DNA from: Mobula hypostoma
Taxonomy: Eukaryota
Length of the DNA: 64,000 nt
Assembly (NCBI RefSeq): GCF_963921235.1
Contig: NC_086097.1
Location: forward strand, 16,120,001 to 16,184,000
Reading direction: 5' to 3'
The notes below the pieces were generated by a model that was not told where the DNA came from, made no database searches, and saw only the letters and a list, made by a program, of their open reading frames with translations. The translations under genes and the position numbers were made by a program. Shown here in pieces: positions 24,143-36,525 of this stretch; the first letter of the stretch is position 1; the number at the start of each line of letters is the position of its first letter.

Positions 24143-24868
24143 TCAAGCAACACTCACAAAACACGTTGGAGGAACTCAGCAGGTCGGGCAGCATCAGTGG
24201 AAAAGATCGATCGACGTTTCGGGCTGGAACCCTTCGTCAGGACTGTAGAGGGAAGGGGCAGACGGCCTATAAAGAAGGTGGGAGGAGGGTGGGAAGGAGA
24301 AGGCTGGTAGGTTCCAGGAGAAAAACCAGTAAGGGGAAAGATAAAGGGGTGGGGGAAGGGAGGCAGGGCAGTGATAGGCAGGAAAGGTGAAGAAAGTATA
24401 GGGGAAAACACAACGGGTAGTAGAAGGAGGCAGAACCAAGAGGGAGGAGGTAGGCAGCTGGGGGAGGGGGCAGAGTGAAATAGGGATAGAGGAAGGGAGG
24501 GGGAGGGAATTACCGGAAGTTGGAGAATTCTATGTTCATACCAAGGGGCTGGAGACTACCTGGACGGTATATGAGGTTTTACTCCTCCAACCTGAGTTTA
24601 GCTTCATCATGGCAGTAGAGGAGGCCATGTATGGACATATCTGAATGGGAGTGGGAAGCAGAGTTGAAATGGGTGGCTACTGGGAGATCCTGTCTGTTTT
24701 GGCGGACGGTGTGGAGGTGCTCGATGAAGCGGTTCCCCAAACTGCGTCAGGTTTCACCGATGTAGAGGAGGCCGCACCGGGAGCACTGGATACAATAGAT
24801 GACCCCAACAGACTCACAAGTGAAGTGTTGCCTCACTTGGAAGTACTGTTTGGGGCCCTGAATGGTGG
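24143..24868 (-). mobile_element. Penelope 3' fragment (GIY-YIG plus pLTR) nested in the Rex element
   Basis: Homologous to 36095-36910; host frame resumes at caagactgtg. Confidence 0.9.
24208..24245 (-). ncRNA. Minimal type I hammerhead ribozyme motif with intact catalytic core
   Basis: Minus strand cagtc-CUGACGA-a-ggg(uucca)gccc-GAAA-C-GUC-gaucg; palindromic stem III as known for Penelope minimal hammerheads; stem I has one mismatch. Confidence 0.7.
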
Positions 24869-25619
24869 CAAGACTGTGCAGATGACAGTGGACTTCAGGA
24901 GGAGCCCCCTAATACTCCCCCCACTCACTGTACTCAACAGTATTGTGTCTGCTGTGGAGACCTTCAGGTTTCTGGGTGTCACAATCTCCCAGGACCTGAA
25001 GTGGACACCCAACACAGACACTCTTATCAAGAAGGCTCAGCAGAGGTTGTATTTCCTACGTCAACTCAGGAAGTACAACCTGCCTCAGGAGCTGCTGATT
25101 CAATTCTATTCAGGAATAATCCAGTCTGTTCTCTGTTCATCCATCACTGTCTGGTTTGGATCAGCTACCAAACAAGACAAGAATAGACTCCAAAGAACTG
25201 TCAGGGCTGTGGAAAGGATTATTGGTGTGAAGCTGCCCTCGATCCAGGACTTATATGCATCTAGAGTCAGGAAGTGAGCAAGCAGCATCATCGTAGATCC
25301 ATCACACCCTGGACATCACCTGTTCCAACTCCTTCCTTCTGGTAGGCACTTTAGATCACTGTATGCCAGGACAAATAGGTACAAGAACAGTTTCTTTCCA
25401 TATACCATCAGTCTTATGAACACTTGAATTTTAGTCTATTATAAACCAAGTCCACCTGTACATACACGGGTATACCTCATTGTATATAGTTCATGATTAT
25501 TTGCACTATTGTTTGCTTTTTGATTCTGTACGGCGAGAGCTCAGAGAAACCGGCATCAAATTTCCTGTATGTGTCCACATACTTGGCGATAGTGAAGGAT
25601 TCTGATTCTGATTCTGATG

Positions 25620-26060
25620 TTAATCATGAATACCATCGGCTGTTCGACCTTCTCTTTCTTCATTACATGTCCCAGAAATTCCAGCTGCCTTTTACTGATT
25701 GATGATATCAGCTCTTCTTATTCCGGCTTTTCGCAACACTTCCTCATTTGTTACATTGTCCTTCCTCGATATTTTCATCATTCTCAAAATAACGTATTTC
25801 TGCAGCTTCGAGTCTTCCCTTGTTTTGCTTTGATGTTGCCCAACATTCGTTAGTGCGGAATGAATATAGCACCGTAGCACTCTGAGTTTCCTACCCATAG
25901 AAATATGTTATTCCTTAGTATCTTGCTCAAATTCTCGAACGTGCATTTAACAATCCCAAGCCTTCTAATTTCAACATCAACCCTACCGTTAGATGTTATC
26001 ATGCTCCCTAAGTAATTGAACTTTGTTTGTTTAATTGTTTCGCTGTCCACTTTTAGTTCG
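25620..26060 (-). mobile_element. RTE-clade LINE fragment, decayed
   Basis: IKQTKFNYLGSMITSNGRVDVEIRR...RKLRVLRCYI...VTNEEVLRKAG. Confidence 0.7.
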
Positions 26061-26061
26061 T

Positions 26062-26232
26062 ACAGAATGCTGGAGGAACTCAGCAGGTCAAAAGCACCTA
26101 CGGAGAAGAATAAACCCTGATGAAGTATCTCGGCCTGAAACGTCAACTGTTCATTTCTGTCTATAGATGTTACTTGACTTCCTGAGTTCCTCCAGGATTC
26201 TGAGTGTGTTGCTCAGGATTTCCAACATCTGT
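26062..26232. mobile_element. Hairpin-shaped Penelope pLTR derivative with central hammerhead core
   Basis: agaatgctggaggaactcag...ctgagttcctccaggattct inverted arms around CTGATGA...GAAACGTC. Confidence 0.75.
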
Positions 26233-26499
26233 ATTTATGGACTTGGAATGTAAGGGAAAAAAATCTTGGGAGGAACATTGTGGGTAGTTAGAGTTTTTTG
26301 AGTGGGTGGTTGGATGAGAGGAAAGAAAAAGGCTTCTACACCCTTTTTTGGTGACTCAGGTGAGAGGAGTATGTATTGGGTCAAAACCCAACGGAAGTCG
26401 GGAGAAAGGATAAAAGAAGCAGATTCAGGTAAGGCCTGTCCTTTTGGATAGTGTCGGTGTCAGAAGCCTAACCTCAGCAGAAAATAAAAGGAAGGAAAG

Positions 26500-28928
26500 A
26501 AGGGTCAAGTGGAGAGGCCATTGTTGGAGTGTGCCAGTGATAAGAGTGTGAAGGCTTTGGCTTAACAGGCTTCAGCATGAAAAGGTGGAGGTACAGTTAA
26601 GAAGAGGCAAACCTTTTTTCTTTTCTTTGTTTAGAGTAGTCAGGATGGAATGCTCAACCTGTCAGATGTGGGAATTAGGTACTCCTGTTGGTTTCCCTGA
26701 TAAAGACATCTGCGGGAAGTGCATCCAACTTCAGCGCCTGACTCACTTGGTCAAGGAGTTGGAGCTGGATTTGGATGTACCCAGGATCACTTGCGAGGCT
26801 GAAGATATTATAGACAAGACATTTGAAGAGGTGGCCACAGCCAAAGTACAGGCTTCAGACAGTAGATGGATGACTACCAGGAGAAGTAAGGGGATTAAGA
26901 ACTCAGTGCAAAGTTCCCCTGTGGCCATTCCCCTCAGCAACAAATTTTTTTTTGGATTCTACTGGGGGGGGAATGACCCATCAGATCATGGCAGCAGCTG
27001 CTAGGCTGGTGGCACTGTGGCTGGCTCTGAGCCTCAACAGGGAAGGGTAAAATCAGGCAGTGCTGTAGTTAGGGGGACAGAAGGAAGATTCTGTGGCTGC
27101 AAAAGAGACAGCAGGACGGTGTGTTGCCTCCCAGGTGCTAGGATCCACGTTGTATCGGAGCAGCTGCGGGATACTGTCATAGTCATAGTCATAGTCATAC
27201 TTTATTGATCCCGAGGGAAATTGGTTTTCGTTACAGTTGCACCATAAATAATTAAATAATAATAAAACCATAATAATTAAATAGTAATATGTAAATTATG
27301 CCAGGAAATAAGTCCAGGGCCAGCCTATTGGTTCAGGGTGTCTGGCCCTCCAAAGGAGGAGTTGTAAAGTTTGATGGCCACAGGCAGGAATGACTTCCTA
27401 TGATGCTCTGTGCTGCATCTTGGTGGAATGAGTCTCTGGCTGAATGTACTCCTGTGCCCACCCAGTACATTATGTAGTGGATGGGAGACATTGTCCAAGA
27501 TGGCATGCAACTTGGACAGCATCCTCTTTTCAGACACCACCGTGAGAGAGTCCAGTTCCATCCCCACAACATCACTGGCCTTACGAATGAGTTTGTTGAT
27601 TCTGTTGGTGTCTGCTACCCTCAGCCTGCTGCCCCAGCACACAACAACAAACATGATAAAGGGGAGAGAGAACAGACAGAGGTCTTGGTTCATATTGGCA
27701 CCAATGAGATTGGGAGAAAAGGGGAAGGGGTCCTACACAGTGGGTATATAGAGTTAGGAAAGAGGCTGAAGAGAAGAACATCCAAGGCTGAAATCTCCAG
27801 ATTACTCCCTGTTCTACAGGCTAGTGCAGGTAGGAATGGGGTGATAGCACGAGTGAATGAATAGCTGAGGAGATGATGCTTGGGACAGGGATTCAAGTTC
27901 TTGGATCATTGGAACTTTTTCTGGGGATGGGGTAACCTGTACAAGAGAGACAGGTTGCACCTGAACTGGAGGGGATCCAATATCCTGGCCGGGAAGTTTG
28001 CTGAGGGATGGATTAGACTGGAAGGTAGATGTCAGGAAATGTATTGAAAGGCAAAATTGAAATAACAGGTATAATGAACCAGATAGTTTGAAGTGTGTAT
28101 ATTTTAATCCTAGGAATATTATGGGTAAGAGTGATGAACTTACCCAAGCATGGAACTACAATGGTTGAGAAAGGGACAGGAATGTGTGATTAATGTACCA
28201 AGTTTTTGAAGTTTTAGAAAAGATAAAGAAGGAGGGAAAAGAAGAGGTGGAATTGTAATACTAATTAGGGGCAGTATCACAGCTGCACTCAGTCCATCTG
28301 GGTGGAATTTAGGAATAGGAAGGTGCAATCACACTGATGGGATTGTACTACAGATAATTTATATCCACTGGGACATGGAGGAACAGATATGTAATCTGAT
28401 TAAGGAAATGTGTGAAAATAATTGGGTTGTTGTCATGACGGATTTCAACTTCCCTAATATAAACTGGTACCTACTTGGTCAAAGGGAGTTTAGATGGGGC
28501 TGAATTTGTTAAGTGTATCCCGGAAGGTTTCTTAAATCAATTTGCGGACGGTCCAGCAAGAGGAGGGGCTGTACTGGACATTGTGTTGGGTAATGAGCCT
28601 GGCCAGGTGACTGACCTTTCGGTGGATGAACAGTTAGAGAACATCGACCACAACTCCATATCTTTCAGGATAGCTATAGATAAGGATCGTAGAGTAGTGA
28701 TAACTCAGGAAATTATAGACCGATGAGTCTTACTTCAGTGTGGGTAAGTTGTCCGAAAAGATCCTGAGAGGCAGGATTTATGAGCATTTGGAGAGATGTA
28801 ATCTGATTAAGGATAATCAGCATAGCTTTATCAAGGGCAAGTCATGCCTTACAAGCCTACATCTTTGAGGATGTAACAAAACACATTGAGGAAGGTAGAG
28901 GAGTGTATGTAGTGTATATGGATTTCAG
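26500..28928 (+). mobile_element. CR1 LINE 5' portion (ORF1 zinc finger/leucine zipper plus esterase; ORF2 EN and partial RT), decayed
   Basis: ECSTCQMWE...ICGKCIQLQRL, VCCLPGARI, VHIGTNEI, LDIVLGNEPGQV. Confidence 0.85.
27176..27655 (-). mobile_element. Rex1/Babar-like LINE 3' end nested in CR1 ORF1, (gactat)n tail
   Basis: VVCWGSRLRVADTNRINKLIRKA...RKSFLPVAIKLYN; gtcatagtcatagtcata. Confidence 0.9.
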
Positions 28929-29550
28929 TCCCAAGAACCTTCTCCCTAGTTATGGTAACTTCACACGCTTCATCACTCCTGACACCTGGAACTTCCACCA
29001 TGCTGCTAGTGTCTTCCAATATGAAGAATGATACAAAATACTTTTTCAGTTTGTCCACCGTTTTGTTATCCCCTATTACTACCTCTCCAGCATCATAATC
29101 CAGGGTTCCAATATCCACTCTTGCCTCTCTTTTACACTTTATGTGTCCAAAGAAACTTTTAGTAACTGTTTAATATTATTGGCTTGCTTATTTCCATGTT
29201 CCATCTTAACCTTAATGATTTTTTAGTTGCCTTCTGTTGGCTTTTAAAAGCTTCTCAATCCTCTAGCTTCAATTTTTGCTTTATTATATGCCTCCTCTTT
29301 GGCTTTTATATTGGCTTTGACTTCTTTTATTACCCATGGTTGTGTCACCTTTCCTTCTTCCTTTTTGGGATGTATATTCCTGTGCCTTCTGAATTGCTCC
29401 CAGAAATTCTGGCCATTGCTGCTCTGCCATCATCCCTGCCAGTGTTCTTTTCCAATCAATTCTGGCCAACTCCTCTCTTATGCCTCTGTAATTCCCTTTG
29501 CTCCACTGCAATACTGATACATCTGACTTTAGCTTCTCCTTCTCAAATTT

Positions 29551-31843
29551 CATAGAAACATAGAAAATAGGTGCAGGAGTAGGCCATTCAGCCCTTCGAG
29601 CCTGCACCGCCATTTATTATGATCATGGCTGATCATCCAACTCAGAACCCAGCCTTCCCTCCATACCCCCTGACCCCTGTAGCCACAAGGGCCATATCTA
29701 ACTCCCTCTTAAACATAGCCAATGAACTGGCCTCAACAGTTTGCTGTGGCAGAGAATTCCACAGATTCACCACTCTCTGTGTGAAGAAGTTTTTCCTAAT
29801 CTCGGTCCTAAAAGGCTTCCCCTCTATCCTCAAACTGTGACCCCTCGTTCTGGACCTCCCCAACATCGGGAACAATCTTCCCGCATCTAGCCTGTCCAAT
29901 CCCTTTAGGATCTTATACGTTTCAATCAGATCCCCCCTCAATCTTCTAAATTCCAATGAGTACAAGCCCAGTTCATCCAGTCTTTCTTCATATGAAAGAC
30001 CTGCCATCCCAGGAATCAATCTGGTGAACCTTCTTTGTACTCCCTCTATGGCAAAGATGTCTTTCCTCAGATTAGGGGACCAAAACTGCACACAATACTC
30101 CAGGTGTGGTCTCACCAAGGCCTTGTACAACTGCAGTAGTACCTCCCTGCTCCTGTACTCGAATCCTCTCGCTATAAATGCCAGCATACCGTTCGCCTTT
30201 TTCACCGCCTGCTGTACCTGCATGCCCACTTTCAATGACTGGTGTATAATGACACCCAGGTCTCGTTGCACCTCCCCTTTTCCTAATCGGCCACCATTCA
30301 GATAATAATCTGTTTTCCTATTTTTGCCACCAAAGTGGATAACTTCACATTTATCCACATTAAATTGCATCTGCCATGAGTTTGCCCACTCACCCAACCT
30401 ATCCAAGTCACCCTGCATCCTCTTAGCATCCTCCTCACTGCTAACACTGCCACCCAGCTTCGTGTCATCCGCAAACTTGGAGATGCTGCATTTAATTCCC
30501 TCATCCAAGTCATTAATATATATTGTAAACAACTGGGGTCCCAGCACTGAGCCTTGCGGTACCCCACTAGTTACCGCCTGCCATTCTGAAAAGGTCCCGT
30601 TTATTCCCACTCTTTGCTTCCTGTCTGCTAACCAATTCTCCACCCACACCAATACCTTACCCCCAATACCGTGTGCTTTAAGTTTGCACACTAATCTCCC
30701 GTGTGGGACCTTGTCAAAAGCCTTTTGAAAATCCAAATATACCACATCCACTGGTTCTCCCCTATCCACTCTACTAGTTACATCCTCAAAAAATTCTATG
30801 AGATTCGTCAGACATGATTTTCCTTTCACAAATCCATGCTGACTTTGTCCGATCATTTCACCGCTTTCCAAATGTGCTGTTATCACATCCTTGATAACTG
30901 ACTCCAGCAGTTTCCCCACCACCGACGTTAGGCTAACCGGCCTATAATTCCCCGGTTTCTCTCTTCCTCCTTTTTTAAAAAGTGGGGTTACATTAGCCAC
31001 CCTCCAATCCTCAGGAACTAGTCCAGAATCTAACGAGTTTTGAAAAATTATCACTAATGCATCCACTATTTCTTGGGCTACCTCCTTAAGCACTCTAGGA
31101 TGCAGACCATCTGGCCCTGGGGATTTATCTGCCTTCAATCCCTTCAATTTACCTAACACCACTTCCCTACTAACATGTATTTCACTCAGTTCCTCCATCT
31201 CACTGGACCCTCTGTCCCTTACTATTTCTGGAAGATTATTTATGTCCTCCTTAGTGAAGACAGGACCAAAGTAATTATTCAATTGGTCTGCCATGTCCTT
31301 GCTCCCCATAATCAATTCACCTGTTTCTGTCTGCAGGGGACCTACATTTGTCTTTACCAGTCTTTTCCTTTTTACATATTTATAAAAGCTTTTACAGTCT
31401 GTTTTTATGTTCTCTGCCAGTTTTCTCTCATAATCTTTTTTCCCCTTCCTAATTAAGCCCTTTGTCCTCCTCTGCTGAACTCTGAATTTCTCCCAGTCCT
31501 CAGGTGAGCCACTTTCTCTGGCTAATTTATATGCTACTTCTTTGGAATTGATACTATCCCTAATTTCTCTTGTCAGCCACGGGTGCACTACCTTCCTTGA
31601 TTTATTCTTTTGCCAAACTGGGATGAACAATTGTTGTAGTTCATTCATGCAACCTTTAAATGCTTGCCATTGCATATCCACCGTCAATCCTTTAAGTGTC
31701 ATTTGCCAGTCTATCTTAGCTAATTCACGTCTCATACCTTCAAAGTTACCCCTCTTTAAGTTCAGAACCTTTGTTTCTGAATTAACTATCTCACTCTCCA
31801 TGTTAATGAAGAATTCCACCATATTATGGTCACTCTTACCCAA
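29551..31843 (-). mobile_element. Young 5'-truncated CR1 with uninterrupted RT coding region
   Basis: No stops or frameshifts over about 2.2 kb; (tttctatg) tail at 29551-29565. Confidence 0.95.
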
Positions 31844-31930
31844 GGTGAATTTGATCATATTATGATCACTTGCCCCTAAGGTTTCTTTTACCTTAAGGTC
31901 TCTAATCAATTCTGGTTCATTGCACAACAC
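29642..31930 (-). CDS. Chimeric CR1 ORF2 (762 aa): EN C-terminus, RT domain and C-terminus; lacks most of the endonuclease
   Basis: SDHNM motif occurs twice; [35 protein letters not shown]. Confidence 0.8.
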   Translation of the reverse strand: MLCNEPELIRDLKVKETLGASDHNMIKFTLGKSDHNMVEFFINMESEIVNSETKVLNLKRGNFEGMRRELAKIDWQMTLKGLTVDMQWQAFKGCMNELQQLFIPVWQKNKSRKVVHPWLTREIRDSINSKEVAYKLARESGSPEDWEKFRVQQRRTKGLIRKGKKDYERKLAENIKTDCKSFYKYVKRKRLVKTNVGPLQTETGELIMGSKDMADQLNNYFGPVFTKEDINNLPEIVRDRGSSEMEELSEIHVSREVVLGKLKGLKADKSPGPDGLHPRVLKEVAQEIVDALVIIFQNSLDSGLVPEDWRVANVTPLFKKGGREKPGNYRPVSLTSVVGKLLESVIKDVITAHLESGEMIGQSQHGFVKGKSCLTNLIEFFEDVTSRVDRGEPVDVVYLDFQKAFDKVPHGRLVCKLKAHGIGGKVLVWVENWLADRKQRVGINGTFSEWQAVTSGVPQGSVLGPQLFTIYINDLDEGIKCSISKFADDTKLGGSVSSEEDAKRMQGDLDRLGEWANSWQMQFNVDKCEVIHFGGKNRKTDYYLNGGRLGKGEVQRDLGVIIHQSLKVGMQVQQAVKKANGMLAFIARGFEYRSREVLLQLYKALVRPHLEYCVQFWSPNLRKDIFAIEGVQRRFTRLIPGMAGLSYEERLDELGLYSLEFRRLRGDLIETYKILKGLDRLDAGRLFPMLGRSRTRGHSLRIEGKPFRTEIRKNFFTQRVVNLWNSLPQQTVEASSLAMFKRELDMALVATGVRGYGGKAGF

Positions 31931-33659
31931 TCAATACAGAATAGTTGATTTTCTAGTGGGCTCAAACACAAACTGCTCTAAAAAGCCATTTCATAGGCAC
32001 TCTAGAAATTCCCTCTCCCGGAATCCAGCACCAGCCTGATTTTCCCAATCTACCAGCATATTGAAGTCCCCCGTGACTATTGTAACATTGCCTTTTTGGC
32101 ATGCATTTTCTATCTCCCACTGTAATTTGAAAGCCACATCCTTACTACTGTTCAGGTGTCTATATACAAGTCCCCTCAGGATCTTTTTACTGTTGCAGTT
32201 CCTTAGGTCTATCCACAATGATTCAACACCTTATGACCCTATGTCATCTCTTTCTAATGACTTGATTTCATTTTTTTACCAACAGAGCACTGCTGCCCCG
32301 CTGCCTTTCTGCCTTCCTTTTCAATACAAAGTGTATCCTTGTACATTAAGCTCCCAGCTATAATCTTTCAGCCATGATTCAGTGATGCCTACAAAATCAT
32401 ATCTGCCAATCTGCAACTGTGCTGCAAGTGCATCTACCTTATTCCGTATACTCCGCGCATTCAAACACAGCACCTTCAGTCTCATATTCATCCTTTTCAA
32501 TTTTGTCTGCCTTTTATGTTGCAACTCATTCTGTTGACTGCTACTTTATCCTATCAACAGCCTCGCTTCACTATCTATCGTCCCTGTTTGTAAACCAGCT
32601 ACCTCATCTTCAGCACTATTATCCGCCTTTCCTACGATACTTCTGGCATTGAAATATATGCAACTGAGGACACTAGTTGCGCCATGCTCAACCTTTTGAT
32701 TCCTTACTTTGAGTTCTTACCAACATCTGCCTATATAACCTCTCCACTAACAGTTCTGGCACTCTGCGTCCCATCCCCTGCAACTCTAGTTTAAACCCCA
32801 TCATGCAGCATTAGCAAACCTTCCCACTAGGATAATAGTCTCCCTCCCATTCAGGTGCAAGCCATCTCTTCTGTACAGGTCCCACCTTCCTTGGAAGAGA
32901 GCCAAATGATCCAAAAATCTTATGCTCTCCCTCCTACACCAACTCCTTAGCCACATATTACACTGTTTAATCTTCATAGTTCTGGCCTCACTAGCACATG
33001 GCACAGGTAGAAATCCTGAGATTACAACCCTGCAGGCCCTGCCCTTTAAATTAGCACCTACCGTAACTCCCTAAACTCCTTATGCAGAACCTCGTCACTC
33101 ATCCTATCCGTGTCATTAGTACCTATGTAGACCGTGACTCCTGGCTGTTCACCCTCCCACTTAAGAATGCTGAGGACTTGATCTGACATATTCCAGACCC
33201 TGGCACCCAGTAGGCAACATATGATCCAGGAATCCCACCCACCGAATCTCCTGTCCGTTCCCCTAACTAATGAATCCCCAATCACCCATAGCTTGTCTCT
33301 TCTCCTTGCTTCCCTTCTGAATCACAGAGGCAGGCTCAGTGCCAGAGACTTGACCATTGCAACTTTCCTCTGTTAGCTCATCCCTCCCAATGGTTCCAAA
33401 GTGATATACCTGTTGTTGAGGGAGATGGCCACAGGGGTACTCTGCAAAGGCTTCTTAACCCCTTTCCTCTCCCTTACTGTCACTCAGTTTTTGTGCCCTG
33501 CACCTTGGGTGTATCTGCCTCTCTATTATGTTCTATCACCTCTTCAGCCTCCTGAATGATCCGGAGTTCATCTAGTTCCAGCTCCAATCCTTCAACATGG
33601 TTGTTAGAAGCTGCAGCTGGATGCTTCAGCAGTTATAGCTGTCAGGGACTAGGATGACC

Positions 33660-34310
33660 AGAAGTAAATGCAATGCCCATAATGTAGCTTAACCAGAACT
33701 TAATAAAGCTGCAACATAACTTCCTGGCTCTTAAACTCAGTACCTTGACTAATGAAGGCAGTTGCCATATGCTGTTTTTTCATTACCTCATCAACTTATG
33801 CAGCCACTTTCAGAGAGCAATGGACTAGGACACCAAGAGCCCTCTGTGCTTCAGTGCAGCATACTATTCAGGATCCTGCTATTAACCATGTACTGTCCCT
33901 TTACATTTGATCTCTCTTAAGTGCAACACCTTGCACTTTGCCACGTTAACTGAATCTTCCATTTCTCCAGCCATGTCTTGAACTGATCTACAATCTGCTG
34001 TATCCTTTGGGAATCTTCTACATTATCCATAATGCCATCTAACTTACCAACACACCCATTCATATTTCGATCCAAGTCATATATTCTGAGGTCCCAGTAT
34101 GAGTCACTGTTGAATACCACTAGTTATGGACCTCCAGCCAGAATAAGTCTTATTGACCACTATCCACTGCCTTCTATGGGCAAGCTACTTCTGAATTCAA
34201 ACAGCCAAATCAGTCTTCTGGATAGTTTATCATGTAGGACCTTGCCAAATTCCTTGCAAAGAATCCATGTACACAACATCCACAGCTGTACAGTCATCAG
34301 TCACTTTCAT
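33660..34310 (-). mobile_element. Highly decayed CR1 RT/C-terminal fragment
   Basis: YDLDRNMNGCVGK...QRIQQIVDQ...W.EKWKI. Confidence 0.6.
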
Positions 34311-34681
34311 CAGATATACAGGTATAAAGGATAAGATATTAGAAGTAACAAGATACTGTAAATGCCCTTTTCGAAATGCTGGAGGAACCCAACAGGTCAA
34401 GCAGTATCTATGGAGAGGAATAAACAGTCAACGTTTCAGGTCAAGGCTCTTCATTGAGACTCACGCTTTCTTTTCCCCATAGCACAGGTATCAGAATTAG
34501 GTAGCACAGGTCAAAGATTCAGAGTAGATTTGGGGAAGAACATTTTTACCCAAAGAATGGCAAGAATCTAGAACACTTTGCTTGACTTGGAGGTGAAATC
34601 AGGCAGTTTCACAATATTTAATAAGTAGCTAGAAGAGCATTTAAATTGCCATTGGAGAGGAGATTACAGATTATAAGTGGG

Positions 34682-35552
34682 TGTAATGCTGTGGTTAAGA
34701 TTTCTACTGCTATACTATGAGGTATTTTTATTTTAGCAGTTTTCTGCAAAAGCAGTGTGTCCTGTTAGTAAGAGTGTTTTGGCTTTGGCTAAAGATAAGG
34801 AGCTGTTTTGTCCAACTTAGGAATGTTGTATCTGCCAATCAGGATTGTCTTGGTATGTGTTATAACTTTCTGCCCAGTGGAATACGATGGAAGATTCAAG
34901 AAAGCTGGGCAGGATCAGATACCTGAAGGACAGTAGTCTGGGTTGGGCTCATTTGGCGAGAGTGCAGCACAAGGGAAAATGCCTGCAGAATGCTCTCCAA
35001 AGGAGAGACCCCAGTGCTTTACGCAGATGAATGGTTCCGTGGAGGAAGTGCCAATCCTCCTGAGGTAGCTAGTTCATTCAAGATAGTCTTCCAGGGAAGC
35101 TTGAACTGTGGCTGGTATCTTTCACATAGAACGTGGGTTCAGCATCTGAGTAAAGCGACATATCCGACTACTCCGGAAATGAGCTTCAATATTTATGTGC
35201 ACGTTAGACTGGTTTACTGTAATGGGTCCTTTTATTTTTGTTTTCTTTTTCTGTTTGTTAAAGCTGAACTATTGGTAAATGTATTTCCTTTTGTAATTTT
35301 ATATCAGAATACGATCTGTTATTTTTCTGGCAAATGATAACTTTGCATGGGGCAGTATTTACACAGCATTCACCACATTCAATGTTCTTACCTGGAACAC
35401 CCCAACTTTCCTGTATGGTTGGATCCCTGATCATACTGACCCTAGACATACATTGCTTATGATAGGTGGCCTTCTCATTGCAGAGTCATATGGCTGTTAG
35501 CAGAGTTAGCTAACAAGCCAAGTTTGTATTCGAGCCTGGTGGGAGAGTTGCA
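34682..35552 (+). mobile_element. Solo LTR (TG...CA) with 4-bp TSD TGGG, inserted in a CR1 3' end
   Basis: TGTAATG...GTTGCA; TGGG at 34678-34681 and 35553-35556; host CR1 3'UTR resumes; strand uncertain. Confidence 0.75.
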
Positions 35553-36094
35553 TGGGATTAGTATGGAAAGGTACTTGATGGTTAGCATGGGCATTATTGG
35601 TCAAAAGGCATGTTTCTTTTCTATATGTTTCTATGTATATCTCTTCTACTCCTTCTCCAGCACCTGGTAATTTTTCCTATTGTAGTAACACCTCAGCCAT
35701 TGTGGGATTTCAGTTTTCCTTCTCTTTGTTCCTGCTATCCAATCCATTCTATCTCACTAATTAGCTAATATTTTAATCAAAAATTGTTTAAAAATATAAA
35801 ATAAGTAGTGAAAGTATGATTTATTTAAACATCACATTCATTTCTTTTGCAGTAGACAGTTTTTTCCTTCTCTAACCCAGGTAACTTCCTGATCAATAAA
35901 TCTACTTCACTTAATTAAAGTTATGAAAAATGACAATAAATGACACTTCTAATTGTGTTCTCTGGTTGAAAAGAAATCTGGTGCATTCAATGCTGCCCCC
36001 TCCAGGTTATTTAATTATCTATTGACGCTGAAGAAACACGATAGCAGTACTATCAATTTGCACTTTCATATTTAAAGCAGAAAAGCAATTTCAA

Positions 36095-36470
36095 GCAACA
36101 CACACAAAAAACGCTGGTGAGCGCAGCAGGCCAGGCAGCATCTATAAGAAGAGGTACAGTCAGCGTTTTGGGCCGAGACCCTACGTCAGGACTAACTGAA
36201 TAAGAGATAGTAAGAGATTTGAAAGTGGGAGGGGGAGGGGGAGGGGGAGATCTGAAATGATAGGAGAAGACCGGAGGGGGAGGGATGGAGCCAAGAGCTG
36301 GACAGTTGATTGGCAAAAGGGATCCAAGGCTGGAGAAGGGAGAGGATCATGGGATGGAAGCCTAGAGAGAAGGAAAGGGGGAGGGGAGCCCAGAGGATGG
36401 AGAGCAGGCAAGGAGTTATAGTGAGAGGGACAGAGGGAGAAAAAAGATAGAGGAAAAAAAGGAAAAATAA

Positions 36471-36525
<55 letters not shown>

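Larger units (their letters stand above)
23830..25617 (+). mobile_element. Rex1/Babar-like LINE 3' half with (gattct)n tail, interrupted by Penelope
   Basis: TGAPQGCALSPLLFSL, LLKFADDTTVIGLI, KKAQQRLYFLRQLRK; tail at 25598-25617. Confidence 0.9.
28929..33650 (-). mobile_element. Older CR1 LINE (ORF1 esterase, EN, linker), host of the young CR1 at 29551-31843
   Basis: IGDSLVRG...VYIGTND...DGLHLN; LNARSIRNKVD...GITESWL; GDFNM; sequence is continuous across the insertion. Confidence 0.9.

Noticed and set aside
24645..25277. 210-aa ORF that automated annotation might call a host gene
   Set aside because: Chimera of antisense Penelope sequence and the Rex1/Babar ORF C-terminus
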